64,000 nucleotides of DNA from Phoronis australis (lineage: Eukaryota > Animalia > Phoronida): contig NMRA01000246.1 of the NCBI GenBank assembly GCA_002633005.1, positions 239,856 through 303,855 of the forward strand. The letters are read 5' to 3'. How positions within the stretch are numbered: the stretch's first letter is position 1; every line of letters begins with the position of its first letter. Positions 23,851 to 38,800 of the stretch are shown here, one piece after another. The notes beneath the pieces were generated by a model, which made no database searches, was not told the DNA's origin, and was given only the letters and a program-made list of their open reading frames with translations. A program made the translations under genes and the position numbers.

Positions 23851-26800
23851 TCAACTCGAGTACGCCTCCAAAAGTTCTGCAAGGGCCTCATCTGCACCAG
23901 CTGACCCAGCACCGTGCCCCTTCTGAAACAAAAATAATTTTTTACACAGCGTCTCCACATTCACTTTGAATAAACCAAAGATTCAAGAGCCTAGTACCCA
24001 GAGACCTTACTACAAGACTTGTTCTACAGTAATTTGAATGGCAATTGTAAGCCAAACTCCATACTAGGAGGTAATGACAATGCAAACAGAGCTTGGAGCC
24101 AATGACCTAGAATAATCTAGATGAAATATTCAGCAATGACGTTCTACATTTCTCTTCATTGGAAAGTTGCTGAAACTTCATTCAGCAAAAAACCAAAAAA
24201 GATCTAGGGGGGCTACTGCTTGACAAATATATGTCCTCGATGAGTTCATGCAAAGGGTAGACAAAATTTGGAAGTAATTTAAATATTACATTGTCGCATT
24301 TCAGTTGCATGGTTTTTACTACTAGACAATGTACTTTCACTTTATCACTACCAACAGAATCGAATATTAAACTTTAAAGTTAATAAAAACATTTTACAGT
24401 GGTGGATTTAGAGGGGGCCAAGGTGGCCATGGCCCCCCTAAAATTCTCTCAGAATCCATTTGCCAGTTCGGAGGTGCGAATATCTGATGGGCAAAATCCT
24501 GGCTAATACTCTGCCCTGCCAACCCCCCAACTCATACTCCTGGATCCGCCTCTGTTTTATTCATTGAGAAATGTCTTGCATAATGGCGTAACCTCTATCA
24601 GTATGTCAAAAAATTGCTCACTGTGGACAACAAAATAAAGCAAGTACCATTTCCATTGAAAAAAGGTATTAAATGAAGATTAAGAATAAAACCCAGTGCT
24701 GCCACTTTTTTGGCGTTTTTGAAAGTACTACACCTTTTTTTGGTGAAAATCACACTTGATTCTTTTTTCCATACTTTTTGAGGGCTCCGTATCTTATTTA
24801 CTTTTTTGTTGCTGTCAAAGTGTCCAGTCTCATTAGTCAGGTATTGAATCATTCATTTATATTGCTGACCAATGGTGTTTTCAGAAATATCTATGGGTCC
24901 AGTCAGTCCTGAAGAGTGATAGTGTTTGTCACAGTATTAAATGTCTATTGCCTCAGGTCAAGAATAAGCTGGAATCTAATGTAATAGTGACTATAAGACG
25001 TGCAGCGAAATTTCAAACTGGAAACATGACAGACATTGGCACTCGGGTCATCACTTTACCAAAGTGCATTAAAACAATGAGGTAATTTATGTTGGACTCC
25101 TAAGCAAGAGTTAAATAATGGAAAGTTTGATAAATTATACTTGTACTGTTTAGTACTTTTTACGGCAAAAGTATACTTTTTTGATGACACCAACGTGGAT
25201 ACTTTTTTCAATTTTGGTGAGTGGCAGCTCTGAAAACCCTTCATCAACATACAGACAGTGTGTACGATCCTGTAGCAATATTCATTAAAAGTCAACACAT
25301 ATGTAACAGTTTTAAAACAAATTAAATCTAAAAAATTGCACATTAAGAAAACGTGTTACATTTTAAAATTGTTTGTATTACAAGATGTATTTGTCAGCAT
25401 CATCTTCATTTTCTCGAGATTGTTTTGACATCAGAAAGCATTAAAACAATAACAGAACAAAACAAGACAAACAAAATGGATCAACTTACAATGCTCAGAA
25501 TCTAGAGTTTCAGCCTAATAACAGAAAAAGGTTAAAATAGTTAAACAGCACAGTGTAGAGTCTAGTTGAACAAACACAGTTAATTAGTGCACTTTCCAAA
25601 TAACTGCTGTGAGAAATATCAATGCAAACAAAGTGGGAAAATGTTAAAGTTGTGAGGCCGAGTTACAAGAAGGAAGTGTCATTTCGATGCCATAAAATGC
25701 AACTCGGGCAGACAAAGTTTTTGAAAGATCGAGCAACACAAAGTTCAACCACTATTATTTAAATGTTAATAGTCATTTGGAAAACACACTCATACAAAAA
25801 GTGTAGCTGTATGTTAACGGAAGTGTTATTAAGAATTAGTCAAAATTTAAAGTCAGCAACGCACCAGAAGCAATGACGTCACAACTGTTAGGCTCCTATG
25901 AGAAACTCACTATTCTACTGATGTGTAGTGTAGTAGAAATGGCAAAGTAAAACACAGTTTTATTGAACAATCAACTATAGATCACAGTGGCTACACTTGA
26001 TTGACTTCGACGGTTTCGATTGGGACAACTGGTTAAGGCATCTGTCAATGACAACTTTCGGATAACGGAGCAATCAGTCAAGCCCATTGACTCAGCAGAA
26101 CCAGTTAGTCAATCATGTGCAGTCAATGTGCAAGTAAAGACAACAAAGAGAAATATAATGTGTTTTTTTGAAAATTATCAGTTCTGCAAAAACAACATCA
26201 CCTGAGAAGTAATGCTTCTGATGACATTCAAGCACTGTGAGCATGGCAAATATTAATTTAAGAACTTACACTGCTGCCATGTCAGTAGTGAGTGAGCGAA
26301 CATATTCTTTCACTTCCAACTCTCTACTAATCTAAAATTTAGCGAGGTTTAAGATGAGGAGAACACAAATGGCAAAGCGCACAGACCAAAGTGGAAACAT
26401 GCAGACAAGTCAAAGGCTAATTCAACTGACAGTAAAGCGCATAGCAAGGAGAAGGGACTATTTAAGAGCAGTTTTCTTGCTATTGGCTATTTATTAATGG
26501 GTGCATGGACATCTGTAAGATCTATATTTCTGTACACCTGAGAGACATGCGGGTAGTTCTGTCAGATTGTAAATATATTGTTTGAGTGATATATAGGACA
26601 TGTACAGTCCATCACACAAAGGGAAACAAAACTTAAATTTTATTTAATTGAGCCTTACGTATTTTCCAAAACTGCATGGCCTCCCAGTTATTTAATGATA
26701 TGCAAGTCCTACTTACCAAAACATCAAAAAATCCTATCCTTCTCCTTAAAAATCATGCATTTCAAAGGCAAGTACACACATAGACAGGTATTAAATATTC

Positions 26801-29800
26801 AAAGGCAGTAGGGTTTGATGAAGTCGAATTTGTCTGTGCCACCGTTAATTTTTTCCTCTCTACATATAACATAGAAAATGGCACATTTTAGTCCACCCTC
26901 ATGCATAAAACATGCCCGAAATTACGTGTAAATGCTTTTTATCAAACTTTTAACACATTTGCTTTCTAAGGTACCCAGGGTTTGTCACATGTTCTTGTGA
27001 TCCAAGTGGATCAGCAATTACAGCTTTACAAACAGGTAAACTGATAATAAGAAAATTATTTGCCTATACCTCATTTGGGTTTCGAAGGGATAAAAGTTCG
27101 TAAAATGTCTTTCAAATTTGTAGACAGTCCATAATCTGTCATTACAGACAATATGGCATTTGAATTTCAGTGCTGCTTATTGCTGGGGCTCACCAAGATC
27201 ACTGCCTGTTTAGTTGACCCTTGTTTAAATACAGCTGAACACAAGCTTTATGGCCAACATTAATAACAAAATTAATGTTTTACTATCACCTATTGATTTT
27301 GAATAACTGTGACTAAAAATACTTTGTTGATCTTAACAGAGCAGCAAATGTTTTTGGTGGTTATTTTGCAGGCTCATCTTTTACACCAGTCTAAGAATTT
27401 CAATGGTGAGTATAACAAATTGAAATGCTTCCATGGAAGAAAATAGAAAATATATGCATTATGTAACATGAAATGCCAATAAATGTAGACATCCCATGAA
27501 ACATTAGTTCCAGCTTTTCAAATTACAGTGTTTGAATCACTGCTTACTGCACACAATCTCTCCTGACTATGGTATTGGCATATCTTGATGTCAATTTAAG
27601 TTTAAGATTACTATGAACACTAAATACGAACTCAGAACAAGCACAAAATGATAATTGTTTCGAAATTTGTGATATTGAACGGTGAATTTTAAGAATTTTT
27701 GTAGCTGATGGTAATAACATAATCAACACTATTTCACAATTTATTGAAACCTAGCAGCTGAAATGCAAGAACTATTAATATGGAATTTGTTTATCAGTAA
27801 AAGAAAATAAAGAAGGGAGAGTGAAAATGGAAATTTTAGCGAACAGAAACAAGAGATTTACACATTGAAGGCCTCCACCAAGCATTAAGCTACATAAGGT
27901 TTGACAAAACATATTAACCTGCACATGCAGAGAGGTGAATTATGGGAATGGAGAGATTTGTCTTCAGCTTGGATATCTATCTATTGAGCATTGTATACAA
28001 TCCATGAGTTTAAAATTAACTCAAGTCCATCATATACAATCAAGTGTGCATTGTCTTCATCAACAATCATTTCATCTGTTTTGTCTTTGATGCAGCTAGG
28101 TATATATGGCACGTACCAAGAAACAATACTTCAGCAAGAGACATCTGCTACAATCAGCGTCTGAGAATCTGACAAGTCCCATAATTCATTGCACACACAA
28201 CATCTCGGTGTAAACAAGCCAATAGCGTTTGCTTGTGATTACTCACCTTCCGTTCAATGAGTAAGAGGTCAGAGATTATTTTCACCTCTTGCTTATTGGC
28301 TAACAACTTGACCTCTCTGGCTTTGTGTTCCTTCAGTTCCTGGATCTGGTCCAGCACAAATTTGGTACATTCCCTTTCATTTTGTCTATATAACCTACAA
28401 GTAAACCATGTAAAAATGAATGTACATTTCACGCCGTCAAAATAGCACGGCTTTTGTAGAGTGACATGCAAACAAGGCATGACTCACACAAGTTGAAGTT
28501 AAGTTAGAGTTTATAATTTTACAAATTACAGAAATCATAAAACTGAAACTAAGAATGGCATCACAATTTACTTCTGAGCTACACAAAAAAAGAAACAATA
28601 TAACGACTAAAACCCAGAGTGCAAACAAAACTATTTATTTAACATCATTTGCTTATCAGACCTGGTAACTTAATAAATTTAAAACAAAATAGTAGCAATA
28701 ATGATAAATAAAGTCAAAAAACCAATTTGATGTCAAATACACCCATTTCCAAAGGCTAATTTACACTTCCAACACAGATGTTACACAACTATTACTTGTC
28801 AGTGTTGAAAATGTTCACATTACAAATGTTTATACCACACATAAAAATCTTTGCTGCCGTGCACAAAACAATAACTTCCAAATAACCAATTAACTAGTAT
28901 GTTCAGGATTTTAACAAACACGTTGACATAACTTTTAGAAGTAAGTGGTATTAAAAACTGCCAAAGATAAATTGTAAGTTGAAATTAGTCGCACTTACTC
29001 TTGGTATTTTCTGTTCAAATCTTTCACTGTTTTATATGACTGCTTGATGACGTCGCGGTAAGTCACAGCATCAACAGGAGGTAGATTTTCCATTTCTGTT
29101 CGCTCCACTTTCAGCGAGGTAGCTAGTTCGGCAGAATGAATATTTTTCATGCGGAGAAAGTGCGCCACCAGAGGGCTTCTACCAAACACGTTGAAGGCAG
29201 TCCTTACAAAATCGGGTCCTTTACATGCAGGGTGTGACTGTTAAGATGAAAATTAGACCAAATGAATAAACAGACCAAGCCAAATGTTTGTTAAGAGGAC
29301 AGTTAACATTAAATAATGGATAACAACATGTACGCTAGCAATTAATTAGTTAATTAACGTAAGTCATCCTATTTTGTTGAAAAATATTTCTTCAATGCTG
29401 ATCTGAAAGTTTTATGAAAAACTGTGGCCAAAATATCCAAAGTAACTAACACAAAACGTAAAACAGAGTGCAATTTGCTACCAAAATTTCATTACGAGCT
29501 TGTTGAAGACTTCAATTTTACAAAAACGGATTGTTTTTTAATTTTCCATTCGTTTCAGGTTAGTGGAATAAATCTTTAGAGGCAACTTGACACAACCAAA
29601 ATTAAAGCATTTCGTTTTCTTATCACTGCACAAACCTCCACTGGTTTTGTCCTCATCATAGGTCTTTCTGTTGACAATGGCATAACGACTGACTTTGGCT
29701 GAACTTCCTTTAAGTTCTTCCCCCTGTTTAGCTTAGAGCCTGATGGAAACCTTTCCTCGCTAATTGGTGTTAGTCCTTTGAGATGGCCCATGTCCTGGGG

Positions 29801-32800
29801 TATTGGTCGATACGTTGTCTTTTTTGGCACAATCCTTGACCCAGTTCTCACTGGTTGCTGAGCTTCAAACACATCATTAATGGATTTGTCTTCACTTACG
29901 CTCCCATCAGGAGACGTGAAACGATCTCGTCGTATTTTGTCCTTCCGCCGTGTAGCTGCTCGACCAGTGCGACTGGATGAAACAGACACCTGTGACACTG
30001 ATTGGTTGATGGATATTGTCGAACCAGTCTCAGTGTTTCTATCTGACGCGAGTGATTCAATTAATTCTGCGAACTGTACATTGTTAGCTGAAAACAAAAT
30101 GCCAGTTAAATTCTAAAGAGATCAATAAAAGTCCCCTTGAATTCAGCCAGAACAATAACTTGTTATCTCTGGCATGGCAGTTCTGAAATCCACTGGTGCA
30201 TTTTTGAAGTGAAAATTTCAATTACCCGTATACCTCATTTGATCTGACAGCACCAATAAGGAGTTATAAACTATTTAGGTCATCTACTTTTATCACACAC
30301 ACCTTTAGTTTTAACAAAACTCTGTTTTTTAAATTAGGAATAATGTTCCACTATCTCATGCTTTTAAGTACTTTTCACAAAATAGTCAAGAAAATAATAT
30401 ATCAGTCAGTCCTTAAAGTTAATCTCCTGATTGCCAACAGACTGCATAGTTTATTACTAACATAACTGGGGTATCTATTGATTAAACTGTGCAGCCCATG
30501 TACACTTACAAATTTAATTGGCTTTTGTGTTTTAATAAGGGAAATTGTTCCTTTGCTTGAAGACAGAAAAAATGCTAGGGTGAATTTCGAGCCTTAGAAA
30601 GTCATGTATAACTCCTTCTCTCCCACAATAAAATTAACGTGCCATACTACACTTATCCTGAGATAGCTTTCAATATTGAAATAAAACTAGACTTCCAACA
30701 TACACACCTTTTTCCTTTCTCTTCTTTTCATTTGAATTTTCCATCATGTCAGCTTTTGCCCTTATGCCAGGAGGTTCAAGTTTGTCAAAGTTCCACTTGT
30801 GACTTAGCCGAGGAGCTGGCTTAACACCTGCAATATTCATTAAGAATTAAGTACAACAGGTAACTGACATTGTTAATATGGAAGAAAAACAACACACACA
30901 TCATGCATGTGTAAGTTAACACCAGATGGGACGGCGACACAATGAATATTCCCTTATAAGTACAGTCTCAATCTAGCTAGTTGAAGGGATATATCATGCA
31001 TGTTGAGGTTACAGCGGGCTGCATGTCATACAGTAGCATTGTTCAGTAACCTTAGTGGCAACAGTCAATCAAATGTATGTAGTAAAGAACATCAGATTTG
31101 ATTGTAACAAATTAGAACACAGCAGGAATGATAACAATAATCTACCATAAGATCACAATACAGAGGGTCAACTTACTGGTGACTATCCTACAATGCATTG
31201 TCATGCCTTGCATAGAAATATTCTCCTGTACTTGAAAACTAATTGGACTTCAACCAATTATAAAACCACTAAACAGTTCCAGCATTCAAAAGCAAAACAA
31301 AGGCAAATTACACACCAACACTTAACCCTCGGTAAACATGTACCAGAGACATAGTTTATATTTTGAAAGTCACTAGGTACTTAAAGGCTTCAGAAACGGC
31401 CTACAACAAATCTATCTTCATTTTGTCTAACAATATTTTCTAACCTGTACACCACTCAATTACTAGCACTGTTAGGCCTTCTCGGAAGTCATCGTTGAAC
31501 TGTCTATACGAGTCAGGGAAGACCTCACAGAAGGCAGCATAAACAGCCTGAGCTAATATGTTTGGGTAATCCTGAAATAACACAGTGATGTTAAAGGTGG
31601 ATAATGTGAAGTGTAGGGACTGATATCACCATATCACCGACTGAACGATAATATCAGATTTATGAATCAAACCACTTTTTGCATTTACTTTAAAATTAAA
31701 AAAAAGGTTAGAGTATGACTTGTGAACCCCTAATTATTCACACGTCTTGTGTAGCATAGCCATAAATTTTAAAACTGATAAACAACATTTCCAGAAATGT
31801 TCAGGGAATTTGGTCTTACTTAATATATTTTTTTAAAAAAATGAGGTAATACACTCAATAGAAATATCATGTGAGATGTAAACAGTAAACAACATGTACA
31901 AAGACTAGACAATTTGCTCCTGGCCTAAAAGTAATTTCATCATCTCTTACAATCAATGAACATCTTTATGAAGATCATCTTGGTAAGCTAAAGCCTTCGT
32001 GGCAGTTTGAACCTGGTCATCCAGAGAAACGCATTCGTGATTTATGTGTGAATTCATAACAAATAATATGGAACAGCAAGTGGAAGGTGAAACAAAAAGT
32101 TATGAAAACAATCTGGCACACACTCACGCACCCACACTCCGGGCTATGATGTGCTCACTCCCACTCGGGTCATCATTCATGGATTGTTGTCAAAAAAAAC
32201 AACAACCTAAACTTAAAAACACAATCAAAACCTTTGCAGATAGCTGCCCAGTCACACTAGAATATTTTTGTAACTTGGGCAACTTGTGTTTTGACTAGAT
32301 ACAATTAAGGCCAAGGTAAAGTATTCGGGTGCGACAAGGGTATGACATCAGTCAGTCGACAAGGGAAACAACTCAACCAAACCTACTCCCAATATGAGTG
32401 TTCCTGGCTAAAATGTGATCACAGCAAATAAAGGAAATTTCAGAAAAGCGAATAGCAGTGGATGCTTGACTTACTTTTCCAATCCACATTAAAGACTAAT
32501 TTGGGAAAGCACAGCTACAAGTTTGATACAAACAAGTGCTAGAGCAACAGTCAAACAGCTACATTTAAGTGATACCGAGTCAAAAAAATAAAAGCTGCTG
32601 GTTTCCATGAGTAAGACCATTCACTACAGTTGCTCTCACGTTGTTTCTCACACAAATTAGAGGTGAGTTCTGGGTTTGAGAAGAACTGACAATTACTTAT
32701 GGCTTGAGGACACACTCATGCTTTGGCTTGTCACAGATGATTATTAATTTGTACGAGAAGAAATGACATTTACTTATGACTTGAGGCCACACTCATGCGT

Positions 32801-35800
32801 TGGCTTGTCGCGGATGGTTGTTTTTGTATGCCAAGCATAATCTTAAGTAGTAGTAACAAAGTGTCACTTCTTCGAAAGCTCAGAAATCACTTCTGGTCTG
32901 TGTTAGGAACAAAGTGAGACCTGGGGCCTCTTTCAAGACACGTAACTTAAGATTTATGAAATTTGGTCTTACACTCCCATTTCACAAACTCGTGAACAAA
33001 GGCTTAGCCAAATAATTATGACCACAACACAGTCTAGAAACGATTTACTGATGACTAGCATTTGTGTGGAGTGCATTATTATTAACAACTTTGCATTTTT
33101 TCTCAGGCAAAATTCAACTATTTTTCAGGTGTGTGGAGCATTAGAATGATTGTCTGACTTAAGTCTTGAGTCACTTTTCCTGAAACAGACCCCAAGTGAA
33201 TAACAGTAATTGGTCTATTAAAATGAAAGAAATACCTTCTTTGATGGAAGGCAGTACTGAAGCTTTAAAATTTTCAAAGCTTGGCACTACTAAAAACACT
33301 AATTAAACTAAACTACAGCACTAGGCAAAGCAACCATTGAAATTTAAATATGATCATTAACTAGGCTGCTATATAGAAAACATCAACTCACACTAAATCA
33401 CAACAATTTTACAGAAGTTTAGCATGTCTTTGAGGAAGACATTTTATAGAAGCAATCAGCAACATAGTTTCAAGTCAAACATGTGCCAGCAATCTAACCA
33501 TCAACACCAAATTTTGCACTTAGGTTACCTAATTTTCCTTCTATACATCTAACTCATGACTTGTTCCAACTCACCTTTAAGAAAGTGTCTTTGTAGTACG
33601 GATGCCTATTGTACGTTAACAACTTGACAAAGTTGTGTGCTATACGGTTGAACAGCTTCTCTTGGACCTGCGTGTTCTTTTGATACCTGTCCAGGAAGTA
33701 CCACCAGAAGACATCCAGCAGGATGCCCTGCGACATCTGGCTGTAGAGAAGTTTCTGGAAGTGGGGCTTGTATTGGGGCTGGAATATGAAGACCACGATT
33801 AAGTGACAGTAGATGAACGTCAACACTGCAATCTGCAGCATACTAGTACAGCTAGAGCAGTACAGATAACATTACATTAAGATAAACTCGCGCACCTTTG
33901 GCCATAAGACAAAACCGTCAGTGGAAAATTACATTGCACAGTAATTGTTGAACTATTTTCCATACAACACAGTGAATTAGTGAATTTCATTTTTTTTCAA
34001 ATTTCACCACAAAAAACAAATATTAAGAATTGTTAGGCAGTTGTTGGTATTCAGATGTCATAAAACAACACTTAAACTTCCAATATTTGCAGCGAGGTGA
34101 TCAGCCTTTGAAAAGTAAAAAATGAACATTTAGAAAAAAACTAGTGAAAAATTACAGTCAAATTCATCCACATTATGTTACAAAGAACAAGACAGTGCTC
34201 ACGATTTTCTTTTCATGTTTTAAGGAAACCACTTCAAGCGTACATATTTATGCAATGAAATAATTAGCTTCTTATAAGGACAAAAACACCACTTCTCTAT
34301 AACACACACCTTTTTATGGAGATCCAGCTGAGCATCTGTTGCTTTCTCCAGTATTTCTAGTGCTGTCACATTGTGTGGCAGGGGAGTCAATTCTGTGCTG
34401 TCATAGCCAGGAAAGTTGTGCAACTCAACAAAGCGTGGCTTGCTTGTAGTTGTCTTTTCCCTATCTTTCTTTGAAGCCTACAAGCAGGAGGCATATTAAT
34501 TCATCATTTAACACTACTCAATATATCACAGACCTTCGCTGAATCATGCTGACTCAAATGTTAGGTTACATAAATTTTGCAACATCTGCTTCACTGTGGC
34601 AAAGAGGCTTTTCGATGTCTGTTTCCAATTTAACTACGCCACAAACAATTAAATTATTCTGAATGAAAGTCACTTGCAACTTATACTTCATCATACTCAT
34701 TTGGTCGCTTTTAGTTGAAAAAAAAATTAATAGCAGCCGGTAAGTTTAACTTTGTATGTAAAAGCCAAAACACCAAAATTCAAAGCATTCAAAATCCAAA
34801 AAAGTATTATCTTATGATGACGTAAGAAAACCAGTAAACCAGGAAATTTAATTAAAACTAAGCTGGCATAATGCAATAAAATATTTTGTTTTCAAAACCT
34901 GAGGTGTCTTCTCAGAAACTTTGTTTTGGAGATTTGTAGTTAGCAGAGACCAAAATAATCTAAATTTAACAAATTCAATGACTAAACTGTGTCATACTAC
35001 AGGACAACCAGCTCACTGACAAAACAATGAAGATGTCATTGCCCATATAATTAAAATGAAAGCATTTCTACTTAAAGTGATATTCAAAAAGTGAAATGTC
35101 ATAATTTTGGTAACCACAGTTGTCCAGACAAATGTACTGGTTAAACTGGCTAAACAGAAATGAACTAGACAGAAAACATGAAAGAAATACTTACAAGAGG
35201 TTTCTTTTGTTCTTGCATGCTGATCTTGGATATATTCTTCACTCTGTGACTAACATTTGGGGCTATGGCTACAAAGGCCAAACATATTCCAAGAATTATA
35301 GTACGAAAACTGAATGGCACTGAGTTTAGTACCTATTAATTTTCAAAATCTACCAGGTGACAAATATACAGACCTCAAAATCCTAATATACTTAACTGTG
35401 CAAATTCTACAACTAGTTGTAATCACAAACAAAAACATGTCACTGTACAAACAAAAGAGGGTTGGGTTTCAATACATTGCACTGTCTTCGATAGGTTGCT
35501 TCAGTGTCCAGTCTAAATTAAGACACCAGATATCTTTTCAACTCAAGACCAACGTACTGCCGAGAAGCACACAACTGCAGAATTCAGTGCATGCAAGAAA
35601 CTGACAGAGATAAAAGACTTACTTGATTGTACAGCTACAACTCCAGCAAACCTGTCCATCTCTTTCCTTTCAGTCTCTGTGTGAAAATCATAATGGGAAC
35701 TGTGCGATTATCTAGTCATGCAAATAACATAAAGTGAGTTATTGTGAGGAGAGATAGCACACATAGCAGGTTAAAAACGGTCCAATTCTTGTCAAAAAAA

Positions 35801-38800
35801 AACATCAACTACAAAGTGCTACATCACATTTCCCAACCAACAACTCTACAGAAGCTCCTTACAGGTTAGGGGTAACAACAGCCAGTCACGACAGCCTCTG
35901 GTAAAAGAGAACAAAGACGGTTGTCAGTCATAACCATGCACTACCTGTTCATGGCCACATTCTTTCCCAGCCATTTTATACACTGCCAGCTACAAAAACT
36001 AAATCCCGTCACTGAATATTAAACTTTTTCATTACTTTAATGACAAAAATATGTTTGGTATGACACACGAAAAGAGAAATTACATGCATTGCAACTGATG
36101 TTTCTTTTGATCTAAAAGAGTTTAATTTATAGTCGCGATTGTAAAAATCCTGGCAATAATCATCACACTTCTTCAAAATCTACCATTAAAGCATAGAAAA
36201 TCAGATTTATAAGCAACAAGTTATGAAAATCTGACGTTGACTGACAACTGAAGATTNAACCATGCACTACCTGTTCATGGCCACATTCTTTCCCGGCCAT
36301 TTTATACACTGCCAGCTACAAAAACTAAATCCAGTCACTGAATATTAAACTTTTTCATTACTTTAATGACAAAAATATGTTTGGTATGACACACGAAAAG
36401 AGAAATTACATGCATTGCAACTGATGTTTCTTTTGATCTAAAAGAGTTTAATTTATAGTCGCGATTGTAAAAATCCTGGCAATAATCATCACACTTCTTC
36501 AAAATCTACCATTAAAGCATAGAAAATCAGATTTATAAGCAACAAGTTATGAAAATCTGACGTTGACTGACAACTGAAGATTCTATATTTTTGCATTTTT
36601 AAACTAAATCATGCACCCACATGTCTGAATTTATGAAGTGAATCTTGAAGCCCTGTGAAATATAACAAATGAATATCTTTCACTGGATTGTGACACAAGC
36701 TACACTATAGGTGAAGTTAAGGGAATTGAATTTTATTGAGGAATGTAAGGTAACACCAGGACCTTCACAGGCACAAACATATAAAAGTTGGGGAACTTTT
36801 TCAAAACTGTGCATTAAAACAAAACTGAATAGGAACAAAACTAAATAATGTGAAAATCGTTATTTTCTTGACTGGGCAGAACGTAATACATAAATTTTGC
36901 ACACATGCTGTCGATTATTGAAAAAATTGGATTCACGCGAAATTTCTAATTTCTATGTCAGTTATGCACTCGCAAAAATATACTTTGAGCTTGCTTACCC
37001 TTTTTCTTGACCCTCTCCCGGCCCTCAGCACTAGATGGTGGCATGTATATCTGGTACTCGTCATCATGGGTTGATGACCGTGACTCAATGATAAGGCTGG
37101 TATAATGTTGAAGTCGCCGGTCCAGCCGACTCACTTTCTTGTTCACTTCCTCAATAGATCCCACTAAAAAGGCTGATTTAAAGGGTTAAGGAAAATATCT
37201 ATTAAGGAAATGGACCACATCTATTAGTCACCTGTGGATAGAATATTGATGAAATTTACATCTGAATTTGTATTTGTGAGTTCATACATCATAGGGAATC
37301 AGAAAAATTAGTGAGTTCCTCTCACTTTGATTGATTAATTCAAAATTATTTGGGAATTTCATTTGTGAAGCTTTAGAATGAAAAATGTTAATGTACAATA
37401 GTATTCTGTCAATAGACTTTAACTGATTTGTTTCCACTTCCGTTCAGTAAGATGTAATCTCCATACTGGACTGTCGCAATAGGTAGCGCAGACATGTCAG
37501 GATTTCCAGAAGGTTTTGAAGAGATGGGTGGCTGTAACTGCATAAAATCTTGTCCTTAAAATACAAAACTGGCAGTTGCAGTCTTGAATACAAAGTTGGC
37601 AGTTGATTTCAACATGAGCAATACCTAAAAGGTTGAACATAGACAAACATGTCTTTTAACACAATCATGAAATACGTCTTATGTTAGTTACTGGTCAATG
37701 TTAGTGTCATGTTTTGGTTTTCTTTTTCTCCACACAATAAGTACTTTAACTACTACCAGCCCGGACTATCACAAACACCATTTAATCCTGAAAAAATTGA
37801 GGTAGCACTTGCTTGAACTGAACATGACAACATCACCACAACACGGGTCATCAATCACCAGCCACTCATCTAACAGTGAAACTTGTTGACAAGAAACGAA
37901 AGGAAAAACTGACTACGAAGTTATGAAGATTACAAATCAGGAAATATTGCTTTTTTACATTTGTGAAATTGAAGGTGCCCGAATTAGTTGTCTAGACCCA
38001 TCAAATACATTTATTACACACATACTGGCTGAGCCATAAATTTGTCATGGTGACGGGGATCACCGCCAGTATGCCAGCATTACTCATGAACTTGTCACAT
38101 ACACTCACGTCTGTAAAATAAGTCAGCCTTCTCATAAACAAACTAAATAGAGCTGTGTTCAGAGCTCACTACAAGTATCCTTGTTAAAGGAAAAAGCAAA
38201 AGCTTGGATAAATTTTAAACCCACATTCTTTGGACAGGAATTTTATCTGTGAATAAATGATTGTATCATACAGAAAATCATTTGGAAACAGAGAAATTAT
38301 GCCTACTTAGTAAAATTTGTGGGTCTTGCAGTCACACGAAAGTTTTAACATTAATGAAAAATATCTTTCAATCAGAGCAACAAAGTACTGAAAATGCAAA
38401 TACTCCTTGAGGCACTTGAACTATCTCACTACTTTGCTCATGTGAAATTCTGGCAGGCGTAAGAATGAAATTCAAAACACAAATCAGTTAGTTTGTGATA
38501 TCAATGGTACATCTTCATGACAAGTTCACAATAAGCACTAACTTGCCTATATTTGGAGCCCATTAGGTAAACTATCAGTATGTTATAATAATAGTTACTA
38601 ATACGATGCAATTTAAACTCTAACGAACTATTAGCTGTGCAAATTATGAAAAGATTACGATTGTGGATCTCCTGAAATGTTGTCAAATCGATAATACATT
38701 CATCCAAGAGGGATTCAGACGATATGTTGGAAATATCAGACATTCAGGAAGTAAATTCACTGAATAACAAAAGGATGATGTCACAGATCACATGGTCATA

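Noticed and set aside
24598-24852. Lys-rich 84-aa ORF on the - strand as a gene or FAM227A exon
   Set aside because: No compatible splice sites or recognisable motif; explained by T-rich intron composition.
35932-36582. 325-bp tandem duplication as a real recent duplication
   Set aside because: The copies meet exactly at a single N and differ at ~2 sites, which is typical of two haplotype or contig ends joined without merging.
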